A DNA stretch of 49,633 nucleotides from Leidyana gryllorum EB-2025a (taxonomy: Eukaryota; Protista; Apicomplexa), in NCBI GenBank assembly GCA_048772705.1, contig JBLWGC010000012.1, positions 1 through 49,633 of the forward strand, in the 5' to 3' direction. A model generated the notes under the pieces. That model was not told the origin of the DNA. It worked only from the letters and a program-made list of their open reading frames with translations, and ran no database searches. A program made the translations under genes and the position numbers. Shown in pieces: positions 23,546-33,977 of the stretch (position 1 is the first letter of the stretch; every line of letters begins with the position of its first letter).

Positions 23546-23908
23546 CTAGCAGCAACCAGAAGATGGCTTGTTCTTGGTGACGATGGCTTGATCGAGTTCT
23601 CGGAGTTGCCAGCTGGAAATAGATGATCCTTCTCTCACCCAGACTTTCTCGCGGTCACAGCACTGTTTCCCACAATTGAAGCAATGGCAAGCGCCGGCTT
23701 TGGCTGACTTGCCAGGTCGTGATGGTCTGTCGAAGCAGCCGCCTCCGCAGCAGCACTCGTTGCAGGCGCCGCAGCAGCCTGGCGCTTGGTATTTGATCTT
23801 GTGTTTGGGTGAGCGTTGACGGGGGGCTGTGTAATGCCAGTGTTTTACAAGTTGGCCATTAGTATTGGGCTCTAGCGTAAGGTAAGGACGGTAGTATTCG
23901 GTGGTCAT
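23546..23908 (-). CDS. Small cysteine-rich protein ending in CC
   Basis: 120-aa ATG ORF containing GCCGACNECCCGGGC and CHCFNCGKQCC, ending SGCC. Confidence 0.6.
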   Translation of the reverse strand: MTTEYYRPYLTLEPNTNGQLVKHWHYTAPRQRSPKHKIKYQAPGCCGACNECCCGGGCFDRPSRPGKSAKAGACHCFNCGKQCCDREKVWVREGSSISSWQLRELDQAIVTKNKPSSGCC

Positions 23909-23929
23909 TGGGGGGTAAAAAAATCACGT

Positions 23930-24235
23930 TCAACGTCTTCTACGGCATCCGAGACAAGTCAGATATTCGGGGAAGTTGCGGTCGCGCTTGTCGACTTTGG
24001 CCAAGTAGCGGTTGTACTTCTCGAGTTGTTCGTTCCGGCAGTTGATCTCGGCGTCGGCTAATGCTTGTTGTTCGCGCAACTTTTTGAGTTGTCGTCTTTG
24101 TGCCACCAAGTTGTCCAGAGAGGTTTCATAACCCCCGAATAAATCGCCAGCAACCACAGAGGGTTTCTGTTCAACCTTTTCCGATGTCACGACCGGTGTT
24201 TCGACCATGTGAGCCTGAGGAGAGACGCTGTCCAT
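23930..24235 (-). CDS. Hypothetical coiled-coil protein, 101 aa
   Basis: ATG ORF with heptad-like stretch LDNLVAQRRQLKKLREQQ...EQLEKYN. Confidence 0.55.
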   Translation of the reverse strand: MDSVSPQAHMVETPVVTSEKVEQKPSVVAGDLFGGYETSLDNLVAQRRQLKKLREQQALADAEINCRNEQLEKYNRYLAKVDKRDRNFPEYLTCLGCRRRR

Positions 24236-24303
24236 TATGTACTGCTTCGTTGGTTGATCACTGCAAATGTGTAATATGTTGTTGTGTGCGCACGTGCAAC
24301 TAT

Positions 24304-24600
24304 CTAGAAGACACGGGTAGCATCAGTCGGTCGAGCAGCATCTGCTCGTGGGACCGGAGCTTCTGCTATTAATGATACAACTGACTCGCCTCGTAACATC
24401 GTCAGACCCAATACTCGCTTTACTTCTTGACGGGGACCCCCCGATTTCTTCTTACAGAGTCGGAACTCTTCAGTGTCCGCCAGGACAATATTCATATGAC
24501 GGTCGAAAGCCATCAACGTGCCAACCAACTGTCGACTGTCATGAAGACTCACACGGACTCTGTAGTTTATCCATTGTTGCAGCCTCGAATTCCGCCCCAT
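24304..24600 (-). CDS. SNRPB: Small nuclear ribonucleoprotein SmB
   Basis: INYRVRVSLHDSRQLVGTLMAFDRHMNIVLADTEEFR (Sm1) and KRVLGLTMLRGESVVS (Sm2), characteristic of SmB. Confidence 0.92.
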   Translation of the reverse strand: MGRNSRLQQWINYRVRVSLHDSRQLVGTLMAFDRHMNIVLADTEEFRLCKKKSGGPRQEVKRVLGLTMLRGESVVSLIAEAPVPRADAARPTDATRVF

Positions 24601-24644
24601 TTATCCTTCGCACCGTAGAGCAATTTTTGCACCCCAAAAACTCT

Positions 24645-26536
24645 ATGAAACCGCGCAAGTCCCTCCCATCGCGCTCGTCCTCAAAACCCTCATCCCACAA
24701 GGTCAAAAAGGAGCACAAACCCACACGACCCAAATCCAAACGGCCCGTGCCAAGCGGATTCCAAGAGGAAGCTTCAGAACCCTTCCAAGACCAGTCACCG
24801 CCTCAACGTCCCCAGTCTTCGTCCTATGCAGCTCATGCCCCTCGCTCATCCAGCGGACCAGCCAAAATCGACTATGGTGAGAAGGTGAAGAGACGCCGTC
24901 TGCAAGCCATCGCTGAAATGGACGAATCTCTATCCATCTCCAAACGAAGAAAGCTTGTCCTCCAACAAGAAGCTGAAGTCCGTCAGCCGGCCAAAGTTTT
25001 CGAAAGGGAATGTGGCAAAGGATATGATGCTCTATTGAGAACGATCAAACGTAGAGAAGAGGCCCAACCACGGGTTCAGGCTCTGTTGGATCTTATTTTT
25101 GGTCCCAATGCCCCTTTGGCCGCCGTTAAAGAGGATGCTGATGTGGAAGAAATTGACCGTATCTACAACAAGCATATTGTATCACGCGCCATTCAACAAT
25201 GCCTGCGGGCTGCTAATGCCGAGCAAAAGGAGTTCCTCCACGGCAAACTCACTCGTAAGTTCTGATTTACTAGTTATCTGACGTGGCCACGTCTCCTGTC
25301 GTGCGCGCGCGCACACACGTGTCTGATGGAATTGTATTCTTATGCTTCTTATTGACGATTCCAACTGCAGCTCGGTTCACCAAGTTGGCTCAAACCGCCA
25401 GAGGACACCATCTGTGCACCAAATTGTTGCGTTATGCTGACAAGAATAAGCGCGAGGCATTGATACATTTGCTGATGGAAGACCGCAAGTCTTTCTTCAC
25501 CAGATATGGAGCGGCAACATGGGACTTTGCATTGCGGTTGATGGGTGGAAAGGCTGCCTGGCGCAACAAGATGTTGATCAAGTTGTTCTTAGAGATCATA
25601 GCGGCGCCTGAGAACCCCACTGTTATGTCCGATACATTCGGTCAAGCCATTGACAAACTAAGCGACGCTGCTTTGGCAACATTGAAACGTAAGTGGTTCG
25701 AATGATTGGATCTTTGTGGTCATTTGGTGCCTTCAGTCAAGTTAATTGATCAAATGGATCGGATGGTTAAGAAAGAATTGTTGAGTAGTGAGATAGTACA
25801 TCAGCTATTGTGTCGAGTATGCGAGAACGACCGGTTGGCGAGTGACGAGAGTTTCGTTCGGTCACTTTGTGACTCGACATTCGATGGTTGTGAGTCATTG
25901 ATGAAGTCAAAGGAAGGCGTGTACGCATTATGCCGGATGTGCGGATACTGGAGCGCGCAACAGCGTCGTAACTACATGAAGACAATGAAGGATATGATGG
26001 CATTGGACAAGTCTGTGACTTGGGCCACTTATTTGACGAACGACGTTGACGCTGTATTTGTCGGTCGTCTGTTGGAGACTATTGACGATACGAAAGCGAG
26101 TGGCGAGAATATCTTATGCAGTGCTTTGGGTTTCAGACGGAGGAAGACTGGGCAGACGGAGATAAAGGATAAAGATCAATTGATGTCCGTCTTGCGTCAC
26201 TTCAAAGCATGCGCTGTATTGATTCGGGTAAGGATGAAGTTTGACGTCTGTTTTTTCAATATATCCCTTTGTCTGTTGCAGTTACTGAGTCCGGAGCAGT
26301 CAAAGCGGTATTTGACTCAACAGGAGATGCAAATGTTAGAGTTGCCAGCGCCGTCTAGCAAGAAAGACGCTGAGCTGAGAGCTAATGAGTTACGACTACA
26401 GTTCTTGGGTCCCTGTTTTGAGCAAGTAGACTTTGACTCGGAGGAGCTCAAACAAGATTTGTCAGACCGACATATCGAAATGCTAAAGACGCTGGCAGAT
26501 TTGAGACATGGTGCTTCGTCTTCTGATGCTGAGTGA
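24645..26536 (+). CDS. PUF6: PUF6/Puf-A (PUM3)-like Pumilio-repeat nucleolar protein (multi-exon)
   Basis: Basic N-terminus, HIVSRAIQQCLR and GHHLCTKLLRY repeats, CPL-domain motif SKKDAELRANEL. Confidence 0.75.
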
Positions 26537-26570
26537 ACAAATGTGCATCAACTACACACAATAAACGATA

Positions 26571-27779
26571 ATGAGTGGATTCACAGTACGACCTGAGGAC
26601 GCGCAAACCCCTATTTCCAGCTTGTATAAGCCATGGAAGATTCGAGATTTGGAGTTCCCTAACCGCATCATGGTGGCCCCTATGTGCACCTATACTGCTC
26701 CGGACGCAAAGATCAACGATTGGCATATAGCTCATTATGGGACTCTGGCCATGGGAGGAAGTGGAGCTGTCTGCGTGGAGGCAACGGCGGTGGAGTGGCG
26801 AGGACGAATCTCCACCCGTTGTTTGGGTATTTGGGACGACGACCAGATTGCGGGGTGGAAACGAGTGACGGATCTGGCCCATCAGTATACGGCCAGCAAG
26901 GTGGGTATACAGCTTGCCCATGCGGGACGCAAAGCTATGGAGAACCTCGAGAAGGGCGGCTTCCTCACAGAGGCCGATGGCCTCGAGATTCTGGCGCCTT
27001 CTGCCATCCCATACGATAAAGCCAGACCTATCAAAGCTGGTGCGACCGTGGAGACCATCAAGAAAACTGTTAAACTTTTCGCTGACGCCGCTGAGAGATC
27101 TGTGAAGGCGGGATTTGACTATATCGAACTTCACAGTGCTCACGGGTATTTGCTCCACGAGTTCTTATCGCCCCTTTCCAATGACAGAACTGACGACTAC
27201 GGAGGAAGTTTGGCCAATCGATGCCGAATGACTATTGAAACAGCCGCAGCCATCCGCCGTGTCATCCCCGATACAATGCCGTTGTTTGTCCGTATCTCAG
27301 CCACCGATTGGTATGAAGGCGGCTGGGATGTCCAGTCCTCAGTCTATCTGTCCAAAGAGTTGGCTAAGATCGGAGTTGATGCGATTCACGTGTCATCAGG
27401 AGGCCTGCATCCCGATCAGGACGTCTTGCTCGGATGGCACTATCAGCTCCCGTTCGCCACCGAAATTAAACGCGATGCTGGCATTCCAGTGATCTGCGTT
27501 GGGGGTATCAACGACGCCGTAGATGCAGCCGATATCCTCGACAAGAAACAGGCAGACTGCGTAGCCCTTGGACGAGTCCTACTTCGGGAACCCTACTGGC
27601 CCCGTAGTGAGGCTCTCCGCCTTGGCATGAGCATCCCGGTTCCACCCCAGGAGGCCAGAGGCTACGGCAAGACGGCTCGCGCGCGAGCAACTGAACAGCT
27701 CAAGAAACAAAAACAAGAGCTCGAAGCGGCTGCGGCCGCGGCCAACGCTGCTTCCGACAAGGATGGAAAGAAAGCGTGA
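26571..27779 (+). CDS. NADH:flavin oxidoreductase / Old Yellow Enzyme, YqjM(NamA)-like, copy 1
   Basis: NRIMVAPMCTY, VEATAV...GRIS, GIQLAHAGRK, ELHSAHGYLLHEFLSPLSN.RTD.YGGS, VRISATDW, LGR.LLR.PYWP; intronless. Confidence 0.95.
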   Translation: MSGFTVRPEDAQTPISSLYKPWKIRDLEFPNRIMVAPMCTYTAPDAKINDWHIAHYGTLAMGGSGAVCVEATAVEWRGRISTRCLGIWDDDQIAGWKRVTDLAHQYTASKVGIQLAHAGRKAMENLEKGGFLTEADGLEILAPSAIPYDKARPIKAGATVETIKKTVKLFADAAERSVKAGFDYIELHSAHGYLLHEFLSPLSNDRTDDYGGSLANRCRMTIETAAAIRRVIPDTMPLFVRISATDWYEGGWDVQSSVYLSKELAKIGVDAIHVSSGGLHPDQDVLLGWHYQLPFATEIKRDAGIPVICVGGINDAVDAADILDKKQADCVALGRVLLREPYWPRSEALRLGMSIPVPPQEARGYGKTARARATEQLKKQKQELEAAAAAANAASDKDGKKA

Positions 27780-27935
27780 CGAGGAGAAGATTTTGTATTT
27801 GGGCACTGCTGCCAGACCATAGTGTAACCACAAAGGATAATAACAAGTGTCCCGAAAAGTCCCACAACACCGACGACCTAATAATGTTGTCTTCCGGCTC
27901 ACTTCCACGCCAACCACCAAAAAACTCTCAGACCA

Positions 27936-29123
27936 ATGAGTGGCTTCACTCTCCGTCCACACGAGGTCAAAGCTCCGCTCTCCAGTCTGTATCAGCCATG
28001 GGATGTTCGAGGAGTCAAATTCCCCAATCACATAATGGTGGCTCCAATGTGTACTTACACTGCCCCCGACTCAACAATCACTGACTGGCACATTGCTCAC
28101 TATGGTGCGCTCGCCATCGGAGGAAACGGGGCAATTTGTGTCGAAGCCACAGCGATAGAGCCCCGAGGACGTATCTCAACCTCGTGTCTTGGCATATGGG
28201 ACGACGCTCAGATCGACGGATGGAAACGTTTGGTGGATCTCGTTCATACCCAAACTGCGAGTAAAATCGGAATTCAATTGGCACACAGCGGCCGCAAAGG
28301 GATACGCAATCTGGAAACAGGATCCTTCCTCACCGAAGCCGATGGATGCGAACTCTTGGCGCCCGGATCCATTCCATATTCTGACGATCTCCCGGTCAAA
28401 CCAGCTTCCCTGGAGACAATCAAGGCAACACTTGCTCTCTACAAAAACGCTGCCGAGCGAGCTGTAAAGGCGGGCTTCGACTTCATTGAAATTCACAGTG
28501 CCCATGGATACCTTTTGCATCAATTCCTCTCGCCTCTCTCCAACGATAGAACTGACGAATACGGGGGCACCCTGGACAACCGGTGTCGAATGACCGTTGA
28601 GGTGGCAGAAACCGTGCGTAGTGTCATACCCGACACCATGCCACTTTTTGTCCGCATCTCGGCCACCGACTGGTACGAGGGTGGCTGGGACGTGCCCAGC
28701 TCCGTATATCTCGCCAAGAAATTGGCAAACGTTGGGGTCGACGCACTCGATGTCTCCTCAGGTGGCTTACACCCTGATCAAGATATCGTCCGGGGATGGC
28801 ACTATCAATTGCCTTTCGCCACGGAGATCAAGAAGGAGGCCGGAATCCCCGTCATATGTGTTGGAGGCATCGAGGATGCTGCCGACGCCGCTAAGATCCT
28901 TGACAACAACGAAGCGGATGCAGTTGCAGTGGGTCGTGTGCTTCTCCGCAACCCCTACTGGCCAAGATCGGAGGCTGTGCGTCTAGGCATGATGATCCCG
29001 GTGCCTCGGCAGGAGGCCAGAGGCTACGGTGAGAGCCAGCGGGCGATGGAAGCGAGGGAGAAGAAAGAGCAAGAACTCCAAGCACAAGCTACGGAATCCA
29101 GACGGACAACAATCGAAACTTGA
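27936..29123 (+). CDS. NADH:flavin oxidoreductase / Old Yellow Enzyme, YqjM(NamA)-like, copy 2
   Basis: Tandem paralogue of 26571..27779 with the same motifs; intronless. Confidence 0.95.
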   Translation: MSGFTLRPHEVKAPLSSLYQPWDVRGVKFPNHIMVAPMCTYTAPDSTITDWHIAHYGALAIGGNGAICVEATAIEPRGRISTSCLGIWDDAQIDGWKRLVDLVHTQTASKIGIQLAHSGRKGIRNLETGSFLTEADGCELLAPGSIPYSDDLPVKPASLETIKATLALYKNAAERAVKAGFDFIEIHSAHGYLLHQFLSPLSNDRTDEYGGTLDNRCRMTVEVAETVRSVIPDTMPLFVRISATDWYEGGWDVPSSVYLAKKLANVGVDALDVSSGGLHPDQDIVRGWHYQLPFATEIKKEAGIPVICVGGIEDAADAAKILDNNEADAVAVGRVLLRNPYWPRSEAVRLGMMIPVPRQEARGYGESQRAMEAREKKEQELQAQATESRRTTIET

Positions 29124-29138
29124 GCCTTTTTGTGTAAC

Positions 29139-30295
29139 TCAAATTTGCTTCACTGAACGACCTCGCCACATCTTCCCATCTCTCCACGCAAACACCGAGC
29201 TGCTTTGCTGGCATCCAGCTTCCTTCAGATGTATATAGCACCATGACCCATGATTTTCATCTGCAGCCCACTGCCTCAGCATACTTTGTGGCACGTACTC
29301 TCCTTCGGAAAAGACGATATGATAGCCCTCTATACTATTATCACGAGCTCCCAGCATCTGCAGATAAACCCCCTTTTTCGTGCTGCAGACACGGTTGTTC
29401 CTCACCGGATCGTAACTAAGCCCGCAAGCCAGGCTACCAGCAAACTCCAACGCTTCTTCTATTCGATCGTCGTCCATCACCGCCGCGACGTCAAGGGTCG
29501 GAGTTTCGTATCGCTCCGGCAAGAAAGGATCTATCCCTTTCGGATACTTCACCTCGGCATTAGCCACTCCCACTCGCCATTCGCGGTGTTGCACTTTCAC
29601 TCCACTGCGTTCCACCCGGCCATCACAAGTGTTACGCAGATCCTTTTCAAGCCTTTCAAGCACCGTGGGACATTCGGCGCCTATAATGACATCAACCCGG
29701 GCAATGTCAGGGCTATCGCACACGTGTGCGCGCGTCTGGTCAGCCAACAGAGGATTACGCGGTAGTGCGAAATATGACAACGGCGTTACAATGGTGACTT
29801 GATCGGACAGATGCCTCATGCGGGAAGATTGGGGAGGCGATACGACGCGCCCAAAACCCAGTTGAGCTGATTGATGGCGATCCAACTGATAGTGATATAG
29901 TGGAGGATAGATACTTGATCGCTCACCTTCAAGATAACATCACCTTTGACGGTGTCACAATATAGATTTCCTGACGGGCTGTGGACAAAAAGGGAATTCG
30001 CACGGTGTTTCGAAACGATGGAAAGAAGTGGCTGCAGCTTTGCATTCGTGAGTTTGAGGGAGGTGAAGGATTGAGATTGGAGCTTGGTGGGCGGGTATTG
30101 CGAAATGAAGAGCGTCTGGCGTGGGTTTTGGACGGTGTAATTTGATTTGGTTACCTGTTGGGTAGTGACTGGCACGTCCTGAGGGAGGAAGTGTGCAATC
30201 AAGCGGTCGAGGGTAGCCTCTGTATGAGCAGGGCTGGTCTTAAGTTGTGGTGGGTTGCAGGGGGTGACGGATGTTCCTCTAATGGAGACAGACAT
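29139..30295 (-). CDS. Possible RNase P/MRP subunit Rpp40-like protein (1 intron ~29886-29925)
   Basis: Spliced KGDVILKLDRHQSAQLGF resembles Rpp40 GKLILSLDKDTYE.LGL; EALEFAGSL and a C-terminal W.YIH...AW pattern also fit. Similarity judged by eye only. Confidence 0.45.
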
Positions 30296-30305
30296 TGTTC
30301 AAAAA

Positions 30306-30731
30306 ATGGGAGTACGATGGGAGGAGTGCAGAGCAGTTGGAGTGGCTTTGTCCAAGTTGGAGTCTCTGGGTTCAATAGCACCAGAGTTGGAAGACTACAT
30401 GGTGTCTGAGGAGGGTGTTTGGGTCGCTGACTTGGGTCTGCCAGGGTTGCTATGCTACGAGCGGTCTGTGAAGAGGGCCAAGGTGACGGAGGTACGGCTT
30501 TCCGAGGGAGCGGTGGTGATTGTTCCGGTGCGGCCGATGTACCGATTGCCCTTGAGTAAGGTGGTGAGCGGGCAGGTTTTTCTCGCTATCATCACGAGCA
30601 CGAAACGGAGCATAGAAGTGAGCGATTTGGAGTTTTACAGAGTGCGGCCACGTGAAGATTTGAGAGCTGAACGGTATGAGGACGCAGGAAACATCATCTT
30701 TGCCGAGCCCCTCCCACTTCGTACCGGTTGA
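30306..30731 (+). CDS. Hypothetical protein
   Basis: Open frame with ATGs at 30282 and 30306; no recognised motif. Confidence 0.45.
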   Translation: MGVRWEECRAVGVALSKLESLGSIAPELEDYMVSEEGVWVADLGLPGLLCYERSVKRAKVTEVRLSEGAVVIVPVRPMYRLPLSKVVSGQVFLAIITSTKRSIEVSDLEFYRVRPREDLRAERYEDAGNIIFAEPLPLRTG

Positions 30732-30777
30732 ACCCGTCTTGATCCTGGCGGACGGTCCGCCTGAATGGGTTGACAAT

Positions 30778-31464
30778 ATGTGTATTCCCGCGGCAAAGCG
30801 CAAACGGTTACAAGATGACGGTGCTTGCTGTGGGTACTGGGACTTGCAGTGCGGTTTAGCGAGCAGCACGGTGGCGTTACTACGTTGTATCAATCGAAGT
30901 GTGACGGACCTTCAGGCCGCCATAGCGGGGCCACTGGCAAGTGCCCCTGAGGCCAGATGTGGGACACCGTCACCCGACGCCCGTCGCATAGAGGAGCTGA
31001 ACCGAGGAGTAGAGCACTTCACATTCCACGAAGGCCGTGATCACCCGGACGCCTTACATTTTCTACAATGTCAGGCGGAACAGGCGCGATTACTTAGGGA
31101 AATCAGCTCACGACTGAGCGACATTGTGGACCTCGCGCAGTTTGGTGGTGGAACAAATAGTAACAAAGTGAGGTGTATAACAGAAGAGGACACAGGCGGA
31201 GAAGAAGAAGAAGCAGATGCCGGAGACGACGCTTTGGCAGGCCCAAAAAGAAGATTAAAGATCGAACAACCGGCCGTCGAGATCACCGGTGACACTATTA
31301 CAAATGTTAATGATCGCGGGCGGAAACGAAGACGCATCCATTCCGCATCTCCGTTGTTATCGACTCCAAGTACTGTTGGGGACGACTCAGTTGCTGGACA
31401 TAGTTGCCTCGGTGGACTCGGTTTTGAGACGTGCCTCGACACCAGCGGCAATTCTGAAGAGTGA
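30778..31464 (+). CDS. Hypothetical protein with basic NLS-like patches
   Basis: MCIPAAKRKRL..., PKRRLK, GRKRRR and an acidic tract within a 262-codon open frame. Confidence 0.5.
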   Translation: MCIPAAKRKRLQDDGACCGYWDLQCGLASSTVALLRCINRSVTDLQAAIAGPLASAPEARCGTPSPDARRIEELNRGVEHFTFHEGRDHPDALHFLQCQAEQARLLREISSRLSDIVDLAQFGGGTNSNKVRCITEEDTGGEEEEADAGDDALAGPKRRLKIEQPAVEITGDTITNVNDRGRKRRRIHSASPLLSTPSTVGDDSVAGHSCLGGLGFETCLDTSGNSEE

Positions 31465-31931
31465 TGAACGCCAGAATGACTCGAAATTAGTCACTCACCG
31501 CCCCCATTTGGCACGAATCGCCGGCTCAGACCTGTGTGGGAGAGCTTCAAGGGCTCTGGGAATACCCCCGTCTGGACCTGTCATACTTTTGATAAGGAGC
31601 TGAACCTCGCTAGCTGGAAATATCACATCGCTTTCTAAGTGCATATTGGGACCTACGTCGCCAGGCTGTATTGAGCCACTGACCCCCGTTCACGTCCGCT
31701 GCATAAGTTGCCAGTACTCGGCCCTTCTCTGTTGTATATGTGTTCGTTTATATATTCTCAACTGAGTAGCCTCTCTCACGCACCCCAAACGTCCTTGGCA
31801 AAGGCCGCCAACAACATGATCTCCTCATTTGTGAGCAGTAAATCACTCATTTTCCACAAAGCCACGACACAACGAGGAGCACTGTTTTTTTGAGCCCTCA
31901 AAAAGCAATTTTTCCACCCAAGGCAGGCAAA

Positions 31932-32465
31932 ATGGTCAAGGGCAAGAGTAAGCGAAACACCCAAAATGACTCCACACTTTTCCCCCAACAGACTCCACCA
32001 AGGAACCCGCTACCTATGAGTACACCCTTCGCCTCTCTCATATGGTGAAGGACGTCGCTTTCAAAAAGCGCGCTCCCCGGGCCATCAGTGAGATAAAGAA
32101 GTTTGCGGCCAAGGTCATGAGCACTAAGGTAAACAGCATTCAATTGCGTCCTATGTGGTGGAGCTACTTTGCAAACACAAAAAGGCCAGTGTTTGTAGCA
32201 CACATGCGTGTGCTGGGCCTTCTATGACCTGCTTTCGGCGTTCATAATAAACATTTGGCTTCTTCAGGACGTGCGTATTGACACTGCGTTGAACGAGAAA
32301 GTCTGGGCGACCGGTATCCGCTACCTGCCGCGCCGGGTGCGTGTGCGTTTCTGCCGCAAGCGCAATGAGGCTGAGGACTCCACTGAACCCTTCTACACCC
32401 TTGTTGAAGTTGTTGAATGCTCCAAATTCAAGGGCCTGAAGCATCAGGTTGTCCACGAGGAGTAG
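31932..32465 (+). CDS. RPL31: 60S ribosomal protein L31 (eL31), 2 introns
   Basis: EYTLRL...[20 protein letters not shown]|DVRIDT.LN..VW..GIR..PRRVRVR..RKRNE; second intron 32129..32267. Confidence 0.96.
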
Positions 32466-32561
32466 TGCGTAGTCGCTGCCTTGTTGCCTCTGCCTGCCTG
32501 TGATGGATGGAACTCACACACCCAACTGAATACCATTGTGTGTCTCACATCAAATACTTCT

Positions 32562-33977
32562 TCATCTCAGCAAGCGGTCCAGCAGCTGGCCTCGCTGCTC
32601 GAGAATGAGGTCGCACAGCCTGCGGTCGCGCACTGTGGATTGTTCTAGGGGCTGCGAAGTGGGCTTGTGGGCTAGCTCAGTTGAATGCACTAAGTGGAAG
32701 TCTTCTTCTACCACCGGGGGGATCGGTTTGGCTGGGGTCTGACCGTTCCAACGTAGAGCAAGAGCGTCTAACAGCCCCGCCAGTAGGCTCAAAAGCGGTA
32801 AATGTTTCAGTAGCGATAGGAATTGTCGGAAGAGGACCAAAATGGTAAAGGTTGTAACTGATCGGGCGAGCTTGCGAATGCGTCGAGATGTTGGTACATG
32901 ACGTTTAGATGTCATGGTGACACTATGGCGAAGGTGTTGAGCGCCTCGGTTGAACAAAGCCGTCGAACGCTTCTTGATTGCTCGTTGGCAGTGCTCAACT
33001 AGTTCATTGACTGCGGATGACTCGTGCATCAAACTCAAAGGTCTGGCTGCAAGTGCGTTGACAATCTGCCACGGAAAGATTATAGAAACAAAGACGCTCC
33101 CCCAGATCGATCGTTGAATACTAAACAATCCCATAATGAGGGCTGCAAACGAACCGAAACCCGTGTAATAGATCCAACAGGTCTCAAATTCAAAGATTCT
33201 AGCCTCTGTGCTCCGGTTGAGCAGATCCCACCGGTATTCCACTGCGTAGTATGTAGTCAGCAGAGCTAACTGCACATGAGCGAAGAAGGACCCTGCGAAC
33301 CAGTGGGATATAGAGACCATTATCGTAAATAGTATAGTCAGAGCCACCCGATGCAACATCTGACTCAACGGAACAGTAATGCTCCGTAGAAAGGCCGCTG
33401 GGGTTCGATGTCGTGATGACGCTTTGCGACCGGTGCCCGCAGGCGCCGGCTGAAGGGCTGCAAAAGCCAACGTCGCCATCTCCCGGTACCACAGTGTGTT
33501 AAACGGCAGTGCCAGAACATATAGTGGGGACACTACTGTGGCTTGCGACACCCTCATGCACAGATCCCCCCAGGCATCTGCACTGGCAGGGCTGCTCGAT
33601 GAGTCCATTGATAAAATGGCTGTGGGAAGTCCTGCTCGACATACCAACCAGCTAAGAGAGAACAGGATCCAAAACAGGAAGACGCCGTTGAGAGCAGTGC
33701 ACTTGAGGAGTCGGCGGCGAAAGGGCGCGCAGGTCCGACTTACATTGAAAAAATTGAGGACCCGTAGTGAGTCAAGTACACCCAGGAGGTACAGACGGGC
33801 GCAATCGTGGGCCAGGTGGCAAAGCAGGACGAGGAGACGAACCTTCCCCAGACGAGGCGTTACGGTCTGCACGCGCTCTTGCGAAGAAGACGAACGCCGG
33901 TTCAGCGATCTGTAAGGACGAAGCGGAGATTCTGTACGCATTCTTGAACGCGCTGCGTGAAATCGGCTACGAGTCAT
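32562..33977 (-). CDS. EI24: EI24-like (etoposide-induced 2.4) membrane protein
   Basis: C..LNG.F, PLY.L....N.LWY.E.A, YAVEYRW, R...FE..W.YY.GFG motifs. Confidence 0.8.
   Translation of the reverse strand: MTRSRFHAARSRMRTESPLRPYRSLNRRSSSSQERVQTVTPRLGKVRLLVLLCHLAHDCARLYLLGVLDSLRVLNFFNVSRTCAPFRRRLLKCTALNGVFLFWILFSLSWLVCRAGLPTAILSMDSSSSPASADAWGDLCMRVSQATVVSPLYVLALPFNTLWYREMATLAFAALQPAPAGTGRKASSRHRTPAAFLRSITVPLSQMLHRVALTILFTIMVSISHWFAGSFFAHVQLALLTTYYAVEYRWDLLNRSTEARIFEFETCWIYYTGFGSFAALIMGLFSIQRSIWGSVFVSIIFPWQIVNALAARPLSLMHESSAVNELVEHCQRAIKKRSTALFNRGAQHLRHSVTMTSKRHVPTSRRIRKLARSVTTFTILVLFRQFLSLLKHLPLLSLLAGLLDALALRWNGQTPAKPIPPVVEEDFHLVHSTELAHKPTSQPLEQSTVRDRRLCDLILEQRGQLLDRLLR

Noticed and set aside
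24348-24644. 5' extension of the 305-aa + ORF over SmB
   Set aside because: Antisense to SmB and starts at a non-ATG codon; ATG 24645 is the plausible PUF6 start.
26448-27158. 236-aa minus-strand ORF
   Set aside because: Antisense to the Old Yellow Enzyme gene.
31610-31850. Possible small spliced minus-strand gene between the hypothetical ORF and RPL31
   Set aside because: A GTGAGA...CAG intron-like segment exists, but the frames give only ~50-aa products with no recognisable motif.
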